A DNA stretch of 64,000 nt from a virus: IMG/VR virus record IMGVR_UViG_3300008450_000004, positions 32,001 to 96,000 of that record, one strand, 5' to 3'. The position numbers and the translations under genes were made by a program. Below the pieces are notes generated by a model. The model searched no databases. It saw nothing but the letters and a program-made list of their open reading frames with translations, and was not told the DNA's origin. Below, in pieces: positions 50,643 to 58,609 of this stretch. Position 1 is the stretch's first letter. Each line of letters begins with the position of its first letter.

Positions 50643-50825
50643 ATGGATGATATTGAAGAAAAAAATTATCGAATGGAGTTATTTAGGAATTCACCTAATT
50701 ACAAATGGCCTAAAGTAGATTCAGAGGAAATGATTAAACCTCATTCAAAAAAAGGTCGTAAACCAAAACCCTCTAAACGTATTATAAATAAATCATCTGA
50801 ACATTATAAATGGTGGAGAGATTAA
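50643..50825 (+). CDS. small basic protein
   Basis: KKGRKPK basic motif; start at ATG 50643. Confidence 0.55.
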   Translation: MDDIEEKNYRMELFRNSPNYKWPKVDSEEMIKPHSKKGRKPKPSKRIINKSSEHYKWWRD

Positions 50826-50826
50826 T

Positions 50827-50997
50827 ATGATAGTAACAAATAAAACACAAGAAGTTATAGAAGAATTTGGTGTAGACCTGGTTTATGAAGTAATTGAAAT
50901 AGTGTCAATGTCAGATGCTGATGGTGCATATACAATGTTTGGGGATATGGGTATGTTTGATCATCAGGCCTGTGTTGAAATGTTGTATTTCGAATAA
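50827..50997 (+). CDS. small acidic protein (56 aa)
   Basis: read by hand (MIVTNKTQEVIEEFG...). Confidence 0.55.
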   Translation: MIVTNKTQEVIEEFGVDLVYEVIEIVSMSDADGAYTMFGDMGMFDHQACVEMLYFE

Positions 50998-51025
50998 AAA
51001 ATTATATTTTTAATTGTATAAGATT

Positions 51026-51057
51026 GGGACTGTCAAAGTCCCTTTTTTATCTTTACA
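51026..51057 (+). promoter_or_regulatory. G(G/T)CAA-N11-TATCTTTAC promoter-like motif overlapping a terminator-like hairpin, upstream of the cassette array
   Basis: gggact-gtcaa-agtccc-tttttt-atctttaca; motif recurs more than ten times in the window. Confidence 0.55.
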
Positions 51058-51063
51058 CCTGTT

Positions 51064-51111
51064 AAACGTCCGATGATAAACAATCGTTTTAATGTTGTTT
51101 ATCATTTGTTA
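51064..51111. repeat. attC-like hairpin B0 (short)
   Basis: AAAC-gtccg-ATGATAAACAA-loop-TTGTTTATCAT-tt-GTTA. Confidence 0.6.
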
Positions 51112-51148
51112 TATTTAGTTTTCGTTTAATTTACAAAATAATAAAAAT

Positions 51149-51397
51149 ATGGAAAAAGAAAAATTTATTGATGATAATGGTAAAGAAATATATGAGATTT
51201 CTTGTAAGACCGTATATAAGGAAGAGGATTTATCACCACATATTGTGTGTAATTTCACCTTAAAAAATATTGATGAAAATTGGGTAGTCAATATGAAAGA
51301 AGAAGATAGAGAAGAATTCATAACTGATGCTTTTTATAAGTTAAAATATTTTTTAAGGGGTGAAATTGGTAGTATTAAAAAATTAAACGAAAATTGA
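51149..51397 (+). CDS. cassette 1 hypothetical protein
   Basis: 82-aa ORF inside segment 51108-51404. Confidence 0.7.
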   Translation: MEKEKFIDDNGKEIYEISCKTVYKEEDLSPHIVCNFTLKNIDENWVVNMKEEDREEFITDAFYKLKYFLRGEIGSIKKLNEN

Positions 51398-51400
51398 ATA

Positions 51401-51515
51401 TAACGATTCGCAGGTATGAAACGTGCCAACACAAATGATAATTGAAACAATGAATTTGAAATTAACATAAATACTAACTTAGATGCACCAAGGGCATGTT
51501 TTATACTTGCTGTTA
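51401..51515. repeat. attC-like hairpin B1
   Basis: TAAC-gattc-GCAGGTATGAAACGTGCC...GGCATGTTTTATACTTGC-t-GTTA. Confidence 0.75.
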
Positions 51516-51531
51516 GGCATCTGTAAAAATT

Positions 51532-51699
51532 ATGGATATGAAAACGAAAAATTACATTAAAACTTATTATAAGTTATACTTTACTGAGTGGAAATGGGTA
51601 ATACTTGGAGTTGGTGCATTACCAATATTTGTACTGATATTGTTATCAGGGATACTACATGACATTACACACCCACTTAGTAATTTTTATTGTGCATAA
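51532..51699 (+). CDS. cassette 2 small membrane protein (55 aa)
   Basis: read by hand (MDMKTKNYIK...WVILGVGALPIFVLILLSGIL...FYCA); its stop codon is the TAA of TAAC. Confidence 0.6.
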   Translation: MDMKTKNYIKTYYKLYFTEWKWVILGVGALPIFVLILLSGILHDITHPLSNFYCA

Positions 51700-51783
51700 C
51701 GGCTGCGTGTATGAAACGTAGCCACACACAACACTTGATATAAACCACAGACCTTAATTGGCTATGTTTTATACACGTTGTTA
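51697..51783. repeat. attC-like hairpin B2
   Basis: TAAC-ggctg-CGTGTATGAAACGTAGCCA...TGGCTATGTTTTATACACG-tt-GTTA. Confidence 0.75.
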
Positions 51784-51888
51784 TAAATATGGTTTTAGGT
51801 GGCGAAAGCAGTAGCACCATCTATTTGAATGTATTTGATTTAGTACTGGCGAGGGAAAAGTTAGTCATTCACACCTAAAACTTGTTTA

Positions 51889-52005
51889 TAACGTTTTGCG
51901 TATTGGCGTTGTTGCCAACACTAATGTTAAATTGAAAAAATAAATTTGAAATATATGGAAAATATTGATTTGAAACAAGAAAGCAATAATGCTAATACGC
52001 TGTTA
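51889..52005. repeat. attC-like hairpin B3
   Basis: TAAC-gtttt-GCGTATTGGCGTTGTTGC...GCAATAATGCTAATACGC-t-GTTA. Confidence 0.75.
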
Positions 52006-52176
52006 TCGGCAGTTTCTCGTCCTGTTGCTAAAATGAAAGTACAATGGCATGGGTATGATTGTATTATACAGAAACTACGATACAGAGATAAGGTTGCTAA
52101 ACTCAAACCTGATTATAGTGGTAAACCCATGCCATACGATTATTTTTGGGTAGATTTTAATGAAATCGGTTTTTGA
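51955..52176 (+). CDS. cassette 4 protein starting inside hairpin B3
   Basis: MENIDLKQESNNANTLLSAVSRP...; crosses GTTA at 52002. Confidence 0.65.
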   Translation: MENIDLKQESNNANTLLSAVSRPVAKMKVQWHGYDCIIQKLRYRDKVAKLKPDYSGKPMPYDYFWVDFNEIGF

Positions 52177-52185
52177 AATTGCCGA

Positions 52186-52313
52186 TAACGGTTTGCGTGT
52201 TTATTTAGTTGCGATTTAAAAATACAAAATTATGATAAAAGAAAAAGAATACTTAGAAGCAAAAAAGATTGTTGAAACCTACGAAAGCGAGCAATTGAAT
52301 AAACACGCTGTTA
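52186..52313. repeat. attC-like hairpin B4
   Basis: TAAC-ggttt-GCGTGTTTATTTAGTTGC...GCAATTGAATAAACACGC-t-GTTA. Confidence 0.75.
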
Positions 52314-52426
52314 GTGGGCAAAGCGAACAGTTACCAAACTCTTGCGAATGTGATAATGTAGAAACATTCAATGGCTGGGGTAACGAAAAATGTATTAGAT
52401 GTATAGACTGTGGCAGAGTTTGGTAA
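52232..52426 (+). CDS. cassette 5 Zn-finger-like protein starting inside hairpin B4
   Basis: MIKEKEYLEAKKIV...LNKHAVSGQSEQL...CEC...CIDC; crosses GTTA at 52310. Confidence 0.65.
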   Translation: MIKEKEYLEAKKIVETYESEQLNKHAVSGQSEQLPNSCECDNVETFNGWGNEKCIRCIDCGRVW

Positions 52427-52489
52427 TTGCCACTAACTATTATATATACTTAACCATATTTTCTTACCAATAAAATCAATAATTTAAAT

Positions 52490-53287
52490 ATGAAAATTCT
52501 TAAAGTATTTGAAGAAAAATTAAGATACAAAAACTATTCTAATAACAGTATCAAGTTATATATTTCTTATTTAAAACTTTTTTTAGAAACGGAAAAAATT
52601 AAAGACCCATATCAAGTAAGAACTCAACAGATAGTCTCATTCCTTGAAAATTACCCATATACTTCTTGTAGCCAACAAAATCAATATATAGGTGCTCTTA
52701 AACTATTTGCTAAATATATCTTAAATAAAAAGGATATTCATTTAAGTAAAATAGAAAGACCTAAATCAGAAAAGAAATTGCCGAAAGTGGTAGATGGAGA
52801 GCTTATCAAAACACAACTACAAAAAATAGAAAATATTAAACATAAAGCAATTCTTAGTTTAACCTATTCAGTTGGACTAAGAGTATCTGAAATAGTTAAT
52901 CTTAAAATCGAAAGTATCGATTCTAAACGAATGTTGATTCACATTAAAAACGCTAAAGGTAAAAAAGATAGAATTGTACCCTTATCACCAACTGTTTTGA
53001 ATCTACTTAGAGAATATTATATAGAATATAAACCAAAAGAATACTTATTTAATGGTCAAAACTCAAATCAATATTCAATAGGTAGTTGTCAAAAAATCTA
53101 TAAAAAATACATTGATGAGAATAGTTCAATACATAATCTTCGACATTCTTCATTTACCGGCTTATTAGAAAACGGAACTGATTTAAGAATAATTCAAAAA
53201 ATAGCAGGACATTCTAATATCAAAACTACTGAAATATATACTCACGTATCAAATCAACTCTTAGGTAAAGTGAATTTAGTTATTTAG
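52490..53287 (+). CDS. tyrosine recombinase / integrase (XerD/IntI-related)
   Basis: N-terminal SAM-like domain; GLRVSE (R), KGKKDR (K), HNLRHS (HxxR), GHSNIKTTEIYTHV (H, Y). Confidence 0.92.
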   Translation: MKILKVFEEKLRYKNYSNNSIKLYISYLKLFLETEKIKDPYQVRTQQIVSFLENYPYTSCSQQNQYIGALKLFAKYILNKKDIHLSKIERPKSEKKLPKVVDGELIKTQLQKIENIKHKAILSLTYSVGLRVSEIVNLKIESIDSKRMLIHIKNAKGKKDRIVPLSPTVLNLLREYYIEYKPKEYLFNGQNSNQYSIGSCQKIYKKYIDENSSIHNLRHSSFTGLLENGTDLRIIQKIAGHSNIKTTEIYTHVSNQLLGKVNLVI

Positions 53288-53318
53288 AAAGTCAAATCTT
53301 CTTTATTATCTTTACAAT

Positions 53319-53876
53319 ATGAAAAAAATTTTAGTAATACATCCTGATGATAGGTCAACCGATTTTTTAAAACCAATATATGAAAATCTACCTAATATAA
53401 CTGTTATTACAGGGGGTATTTCATATATGAATGTTAGACAATTAATAAAAGAGCATGATAGAGTAATAGCCATGGGTCATGGTTCACCTTACGGTTTGTT
53501 TTCAATGGGTAAATTTCCTAATTCAGGTGGTATGATTATTGATTCAATGATGGTAGATGTCTTAAGTGAAAAAAATAACAACATATATATTTGGTGCAAT
53601 GCAGATCTGTTTGTTGATAGATATAAATTAAATGGTATATACTCAGGTATGTTTATTTCTGAAGTAAGTGAATCAATTTACTGTGGAATACCTTCAACTC
53701 AAGAACAAATAAATGAATCAAATAATACATTTGCTAAAGCATTAGGAGAACAATTATTAATTGAATCATCACTTGAACGAGTATATGATAATACAAATCA
53801 AGCTTATCGCTTATTATCTGAATTAAATCAAGTTGCTAAATATAATCAACAACGATTTTATTACGCTTTAGATTAG
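53319..53876 (+). CDS. hypothetical protein
   Basis: IHPDD.STDFL, MGHGS, IWCNA, SGMFISE. Confidence 0.75.
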   Translation: MKKILVIHPDDRSTDFLKPIYENLPNITVITGGISYMNVRQLIKEHDRVIAMGHGSPYGLFSMGKFPNSGGMIIDSMMVDVLSEKNNNIYIWCNADLFVDRYKLNGIYSGMFISEVSESIYCGIPSTQEQINESNNTFAKALGEQLLIESSLERVYDNTNQAYRLLSELNQVAKYNQQRFYYALD

Positions 53877-53920
53877 AAAAGGCAAAACAATTTTATTATA
53901 TTTAAATAAATAAAAAGATT

Positions 53921-54076
53921 ATGTATAAATGGAAAGTTACATTCACTACACCAACAGCAGGTGGACGTTCACTCACAGAAATAATAGAAGCACAACAATG
54001 GTTTTATGCTAAAGCCATGTTAGAGTCAAAGTATGATAAAATTAAAATTCTTCAATATACACCTATTAATAAATAA
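53921..54076 (+). CDS. small hypothetical protein (51 aa)
   Basis: read by hand; follows promoter motif at 53881. Confidence 0.55.
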   Translation: MYKWKVTFTTPTAGGRSLTEIIEAQQWFYAKAMLESKYDKIKILQYTPINK

Positions 54077-54077
54077 T

Positions 54078-54302
54078 ATGAACGCAATAAAAATAGTATA
54101 TTACTCAGAGGTTATAAATAATATGGGTAGAACAGAAAGCTCTGCTAAAGGACATAATATATTTTCCGTTCTGAACAACCCATATGAGTGGACTGATGAT
54201 ATGGAGTTTTATGATGAAGGAGGGCAAAAGTACTTTATTGATGACCTTATAGGTAAAGAAGTATCAGTACCGGATATTGGAATATTTACTGTAGAAGAAT
54301 AA
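54078..54302 (+). CDS. hypothetical protein
   Basis: 3' part of ORF 54033..54302 from ATG. Confidence 0.6.
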   Translation: MNAIKIVYYSEVINNMGRTESSAKGHNIFSVLNNPYEWTDDMEFYDEGGQKYFIDDLIGKEVSVPDIGIFTVEE

Positions 54303-54323
54303 AAATTTAAAATAAAAATAAAT

Positions 54324-54644
54324 ATGACAACAATAGCACAGCAATTAAAAATTAAAGAATTTCCATTTTTTATTAAAGACTCTAAAGGAAATTTAATCTA
54401 CTATGAAAATTCATATGGTTCTTGGAGTAAATATGAATATGATTCAAATGGAAACGAAATCTACCGTGAAATATCAAACGGATATTGGAGTAAACGTGAA
54501 TTTGATTCTAATGGAAACGAAATCTATCGTGAAAATTCATATGGAACAATCATAGATAACAGACCTAAAACAGTTGAATTAACAATGGATGATATTGCTA
54601 AGATGTTAAGAATTGACGTTAATAATTTAAAAATAAAAAAGTAA
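54324..54644 (+). CDS. YxNSxGxWxKxE(Y/F)DSNGN repeat protein
   Basis: ~20-aa tandem repeats; C-terminal ELTMDDIAK. Confidence 0.75.
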   Translation: MTTIAQQLKIKEFPFFIKDSKGNLIYYENSYGSWSKYEYDSNGNEIYREISNGYWSKREFDSNGNEIYRENSYGTIIDNRPKTVELTMDDIAKMLRIDVNNLKIKK

Positions 54645-54649
54645 ATAAT

Positions 54650-54970
54650 ATGAGCACATTTAAAACATTACCAAGTAATCAAATCAATGATGGTATCCAG
54701 TATTTAGCATTTTATCCTAATGGGTATGGCGCATCAATCGTTCAACATAGATTTTCATACGGGTACGATCAAGGCTTGTGGGAATTGGCGGTAGCTAAAG
54801 GTACTGAAGAAGATTGGAATATATGTTATGATACTCCAATTACGTCAGATGTGTTAGGTTACTTGTCTGAGGCTGAAGTAGAAGATGTACTTCTTCAAAT
54901 AGAAGCTTTAGAGGCTAATCCTAAAATAGTACCTTATAGTGAAGGCACAGTAATATTAGATAAAATATAA
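54650..54970 (+). CDS. conserved phage hypothetical protein
   Basis: PNGYGASIV..SYG..GLWELAV..TPITSDVLGYL. Confidence 0.75.
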   Translation: MSTFKTLPSNQINDGIQYLAFYPNGYGASIVQHRFSYGYDQGLWELAVAKGTEEDWNICYDTPITSDVLGYLSEAEVEDVLLQIEALEANPKIVPYSEGTVILDKI

Positions 54971-55169
54971 AATATAAAATATGTCAATAATGAGTTTATT
55001 AGGTATGTTATTTTTAATATTAGCATCTATACCAAAAAATAAAATTACCAAAACACCCCATAACGAAAATCTTATTAATTTGGTTTTATCTATTTTGTGT
55101 TTTGTATCATTTATATTATCAATGACGTTACATTAGTTTGTATAGCAAAATTATTTTTATATATTTAAC

Positions 55170-55937
55170 ATGAAAAACATACATTTATTACCAACATCAA
55201 AACCAAGTAGGTTAGTATATTCAGGTAACAATAAAAATTTGTTATTTTCAAAAGAACCTATTTCATTTAGAACATTTGAAAGAAGTCCACAAAACATCTA
55301 CATCACTTCTGATGAAGAAATTAAAGAAGGAGATTATATTATTTCCTTAGTTGATGATGAATCATTTGAAATGGTATGGAAATGTGATAAATCTCAAATC
55401 AAAAATATGATTGATTTTGATTTAGAGTTTAAAAAAATAATACTAACAACAGACCAAGACTTAATTAAAGATAATGTACAATCTATTGATGATGAGTTCC
55501 TTGAATGGTTTGTAAAGAATCCAAGTTGTGAGAGTGTTGAGGTGAAAATTGATTGTGATATATGTGCTTTAGAGTGTACAACAATTAAATGTCCTAATTT
55601 GTTTTACAAAATCATCATTCCACAAGAAGAACGTAAACAAATTAAATGTTATTGTGGTCATACTATAACTTGTGATTGTGAACCTTTACAAGAAACACTT
55701 GAAAAAGCTGCTGAAAAATTTTGGGATAAGTTAAGTTTTGACGATGCTTTTAAAGCAGGTGCTAAATGGCAAGCAGAAAGAATGTATAGTGAGGAAGATA
55801 TGATTGAGTTTGCAGAGTTTGTAGCCACTTATCCTGATAAAAATAAAAATATAAATGGTCAAATATTACATGCTAAATCAAAATATGATGGCTCTGAAAG
55901 AACAGTTGATTTATTAGAACAATTTAAAAAAAAATAA
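55170..55937 (+). CDS. modular hypothetical protein
   Basis: MKNIHLLPT..PSRL, KKIILTTDQDLI, QETLEKAAE, GAKWQAERMYSEED. Confidence 0.75.
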   Translation: MKNIHLLPTSKPSRLVYSGNNKNLLFSKEPISFRTFERSPQNIYITSDEEIKEGDYIISLVDDESFEMVWKCDKSQIKNMIDFDLEFKKIILTTDQDLIKDNVQSIDDEFLEWFVKNPSCESVEVKIDCDICALECTTIKCPNLFYKIIIPQEERKQIKCYCGHTITCDCEPLQETLEKAAEKFWDKLSFDDAFKAGAKWQAERMYSEEDMIEFAEFVATYPDKNKNINGQILHAKSKYDGSERTVDLLEQFKKK

Positions 55938-56051
55938 TATGAATAAATATGACACTCAACAACATATAATAGTATGGATAATGATACTAATACCTTTATT
56001 ATGTTTGTTTTTATGTGATTAAGGTTTGAACAATTTAAAAAAATAAGACTT

Positions 56052-56282
56052 ATGGAATCAGTAAAACAAACAGCAGTAGAATGGTTAATAGAACAATTAA
56101 CCCCTTCAATATCATTGCAACAAAAACATATTGATGAATTAAAAGAACAAGCCAAAGAAATGGAGAAACAGAGAACAATTTCATTTGCTTTACTTTGTAT
56201 GCTTAGTAAACAAGACGTACACATTAATTTAAGAAATGACCTTGTTAGAAAGTACAACGAACAATACGGAGGTAACAAATGA
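56052..56282 (+). CDS. KQTAVEWL-family small protein
   Basis: KQTAVEWL...QAKEMEKQ. Confidence 0.7.
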   Translation: MESVKQTAVEWLIEQLTPSISLQQKHIDELKEQAKEMEKQRTISFALLCMLSKQDVHINLRNDLVRKYNEQYGGNK

Positions 56283-56483
56283 CACCAAAAGAAAAAGCTA
56301 AAGAATTACTTGATAAGTTTGATTGGCAACAATCGCATTAAAAAAGATGCTAAAAGAAGGACAGCCTACATCCTTTGTAGTAATCAGGCTTATGATTTTA
56401 AAATTACATTTAAATAAAATAAATTATGAGTAAACCTAGTTATGAAAAATTATTTGAAGAAAATTGGAAATTAATAAAAGAAA

Positions 56484-56747
56484 ATGTTTGGATTAAAAAT
56501 AAGTAATAAAATAGATACTAATACCGGTATATTTCCAATAACACAATTTAAGTTTGATGAAAAAACCGGTTGTCATTGGGCTAGTTTAGGTAAAATTTGT
56601 GATTTAAACTATGGTGAGCGAGAATGGTTAATTTCCTGTCCTGAAGATGAGGGTTGTTGGATAAAATCTAAATGGAAAAAATTACATAAAATGGAAGATA
56701 AAATTACGAGCACAGTAAATGCGCTAAAGAAGCAAATAAATGAATAA
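56484..56747 (+). CDS. hypothetical protein
   Basis: 87-aa ORF. Confidence 0.55.
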   Translation: MFGLKISNKIDTNTGIFPITQFKFDEKTGCHWASLGKICDLNYGEREWLISCPEDEGCWIKSKWKKLHKMEDKITSTVNALKKQINE

Positions 56748-56814
56748 AGTTAGGTAGCACGAAAATGTAGTTAAGGGTGACAAAAACGATAGTGTAGGGA
56801 AACCGAAAAGAAAG

Positions 56815-56927
56815 TTTCGGGCGCCCGAAAAATAAGGTTAGGGTGACGGGTGGAATGAGTTTAGGTGATTGGTGGGGGTGTGGTGGTGCAGGACGAGAAA
56901 ATTATGCACAACACCACACCAATTCAC
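56815..56927. repeat. 16-bp palindrome and GC-rich hairpin
   Basis: TTTCGGGCGCCCGAAA (56815-56830); GGTGTGGTG-GTGCA...TGCAC-aa-CACCACACC. Confidence 0.6.
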
Positions 56928-57060
56928 AACGACTCATATATCAATATATATTATTCGCACATTTTGTACCAATTTTTTATGTTCTTTTGTATTTTTTGTA
57001 TGTTTTTGTTTGTTTTGTCAAGGCTTTTTACTTATTTTTACCTAAACAATAAAACCAACC

Positions 57061-57324
57061 ATGTCAAACGTAAAAATTAAGTCTATTTTTGAACAAATCT
57101 CAGAAATAGCATTCAACACAGCCGATTTAGGCTTTGCAAAACAACACACAATTGAATTTGTTTCATCAAAAAACATCAACGACAAAGACAAACAATCAAT
57201 TTTGTTCAATATTAATGAATGTAAAACCCTCTACAAATTTCAAAACTACATTGCTAATGCATTACTTAAATATGAAGGGTTAGGGGCAGACAGGATGGCG
57301 AATGAATATAAACAACACAGATAA
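57061..57324 (+). CDS. hypothetical protein
   Basis: 87-aa ORF. Confidence 0.7.
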   Translation: MSNVKIKSIFEQISEIAFNTADLGFAKQHTIEFVSSKNINDKDKQSILFNINECKTLYKFQNYIANALLKYEGLGADRMANEYKQHR

Positions 57325-57480
57325 CGCAAAGTAAACGCGCAAAAACACTATATACGAATAACTACAACATCCGTAAACCAGCAACATAAGTGGAGAAAAA
57401 TAATATTAATTAAGATATACCATACATGGTAATATCAGGCGTTATTAATATGCTGTTTCGTATATTTTTTTACCTAAATT

Positions 57481-57505
57481 AGACAACCACTCCGGTTGTC
57501 TTTTT
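57481..57505 (+). terminator. intrinsic terminator
   Basis: agacaacc-actcc-ggttgtct-tttt. Confidence 0.7.
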
Positions 57506-57534
57506 GTGTCCTCATATATTTATTGTTGTTCAAG

Positions 57535-57815
57535 GATGAATTCGTCTCAGTAGCCAGTGAGTTACTCAACCTAGTAGCACAGCCCTTTGTGGCACCGCCA
57601 ACAGTTATAGTCTAGAGAACAAAACAACTAATGGAACTGTATGATATCCAGATAACGCATATCAAAAACAAAATGTAGCAACTGTGGGAACTCCAAAAAA
57701 TGAATCCAGCACGTATGGCTCAGCAGTAGTGTAAAACTGAGATAAGACATAGAATAATTTTTGAAAACCTAGTACTTTTGTGCAGGCTATCTTTGTGCTC
57801 GGCACAGCTTTTTTT
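57535..57815 (+). ncRNA. candidate structured non-coding RNA
   Basis: ATATTTAT motif at ~57516, nested complementary blocks, terminator-like hairpin at ~57793-57814, no ORF in the track. Confidence 0.5.
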
Positions 57816-57919
57816 CGTATCTTTCCACCAATTTTATTTTAAAATTTTTACTAATTGGAAGGCACAATTATTTTTTGTATCTTGTAGCTAATGCTTTTTT
57901 ACCACGAATTTTTTGTCAA

Positions 57920-58609
57920 TTGGTAGGCATTATTCTTTTTACTATATTTATATAAAATATTTTTACAATGACAAAACAATTAATAAACGAAGCCAAGCGA
58001 TTCCAGGAATTAGCAGGCATTAACGAAGTTAAAATTCAACTATCACCTCTTAGTATAATTAGATTTTTGGAAGAATATGATGATGAGGTTTCTAAGAAAA
58101 TATTCGAACCCCTTATGCAGCAATATGGTATACCTAAAGAAATAGCTACATATTATGCGTGGACTCCAGCAGATTATATGTATGGTGAGAATACAGCTGA
58201 GTGCTCTATTGAGAGTGAAGATGGGCAAGTATCTATTGTGGCTAGTCTTAAACCTTACGATACGGAACTTGAAGAGTTAGATCCTGAATATTCTAATAGT
58301 CACCCATACAATATAGCAGGAAAAAATGTTTATATTATTGATACTGATAATTTTTAATTAAAAATAAACACATTTTAAATTAAAGCGCTCACTACGAGCG
58401 CTTTTTTTTTGCCTCACAACAGCACTTGTTGCCTGGCAAAACCTAAATCGTATATTTACACCAATTTCTTTTTATCACAAATTTTTTTTGAAATTTGTAT
58501 TCTTCTTGGTAGGCATTATTCTTTTTACTATATTTATATAAAATATTTTTACAATGACAAAACAATTAATAAACGAAGCCAAGCGATTCCAGGAATTAGC
58601 AGGCATTAA
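57920..58609 (+). repeat. 104-bp direct repeat (promoter plus first 18 codons)
   Basis: 57920-58023 appears identical to 58506-58609. Confidence 0.9.
57968..58357 (+). CDS. acidic protein with MTKQLINEAKRFQELAGI leader
   Basis: shares first 18 aa with 58554..59111. Confidence 0.75.
   Translation: MTKQLINEAKRFQELAGINEVKIQLSPLSIIRFLEEYDDEVSKKIFEPLMQQYGIPKEIATYYAWTPADYMYGENTAECSIESEDGQVSIVASLKPYDTELEELDPEYSNSHPYNIAGKNVYIIDTDNF

Larger units (their letters stand above)
51064..53287. mobile_element. integron-like cassette array plus tyrosine recombinase
   Basis: five AAC...GTTA hairpins alternate with five GTTA...TAAC segments that carry terminal inverted repeats; ends just upstream of an integrase gene. 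Confidence 0.75.

Noticed and set aside
51064-52437. CRISPR array interpretation of the repeated hairpins
   Set aside because: Units are not identical direct repeats, spacing is irregular (about 190-340 bp), spacers carry ORFs and there are no cas genes nearby.
56843-57080. ORFs 56843..57052 and 56865..57080
   Set aside because: GTG starts and low-complexity translation across hairpin and T-rich non-coding sequence.
58409-58609. ORF 58409..58609
   Set aside because: Runs across a promoter repeat and out of frame into the next gene.
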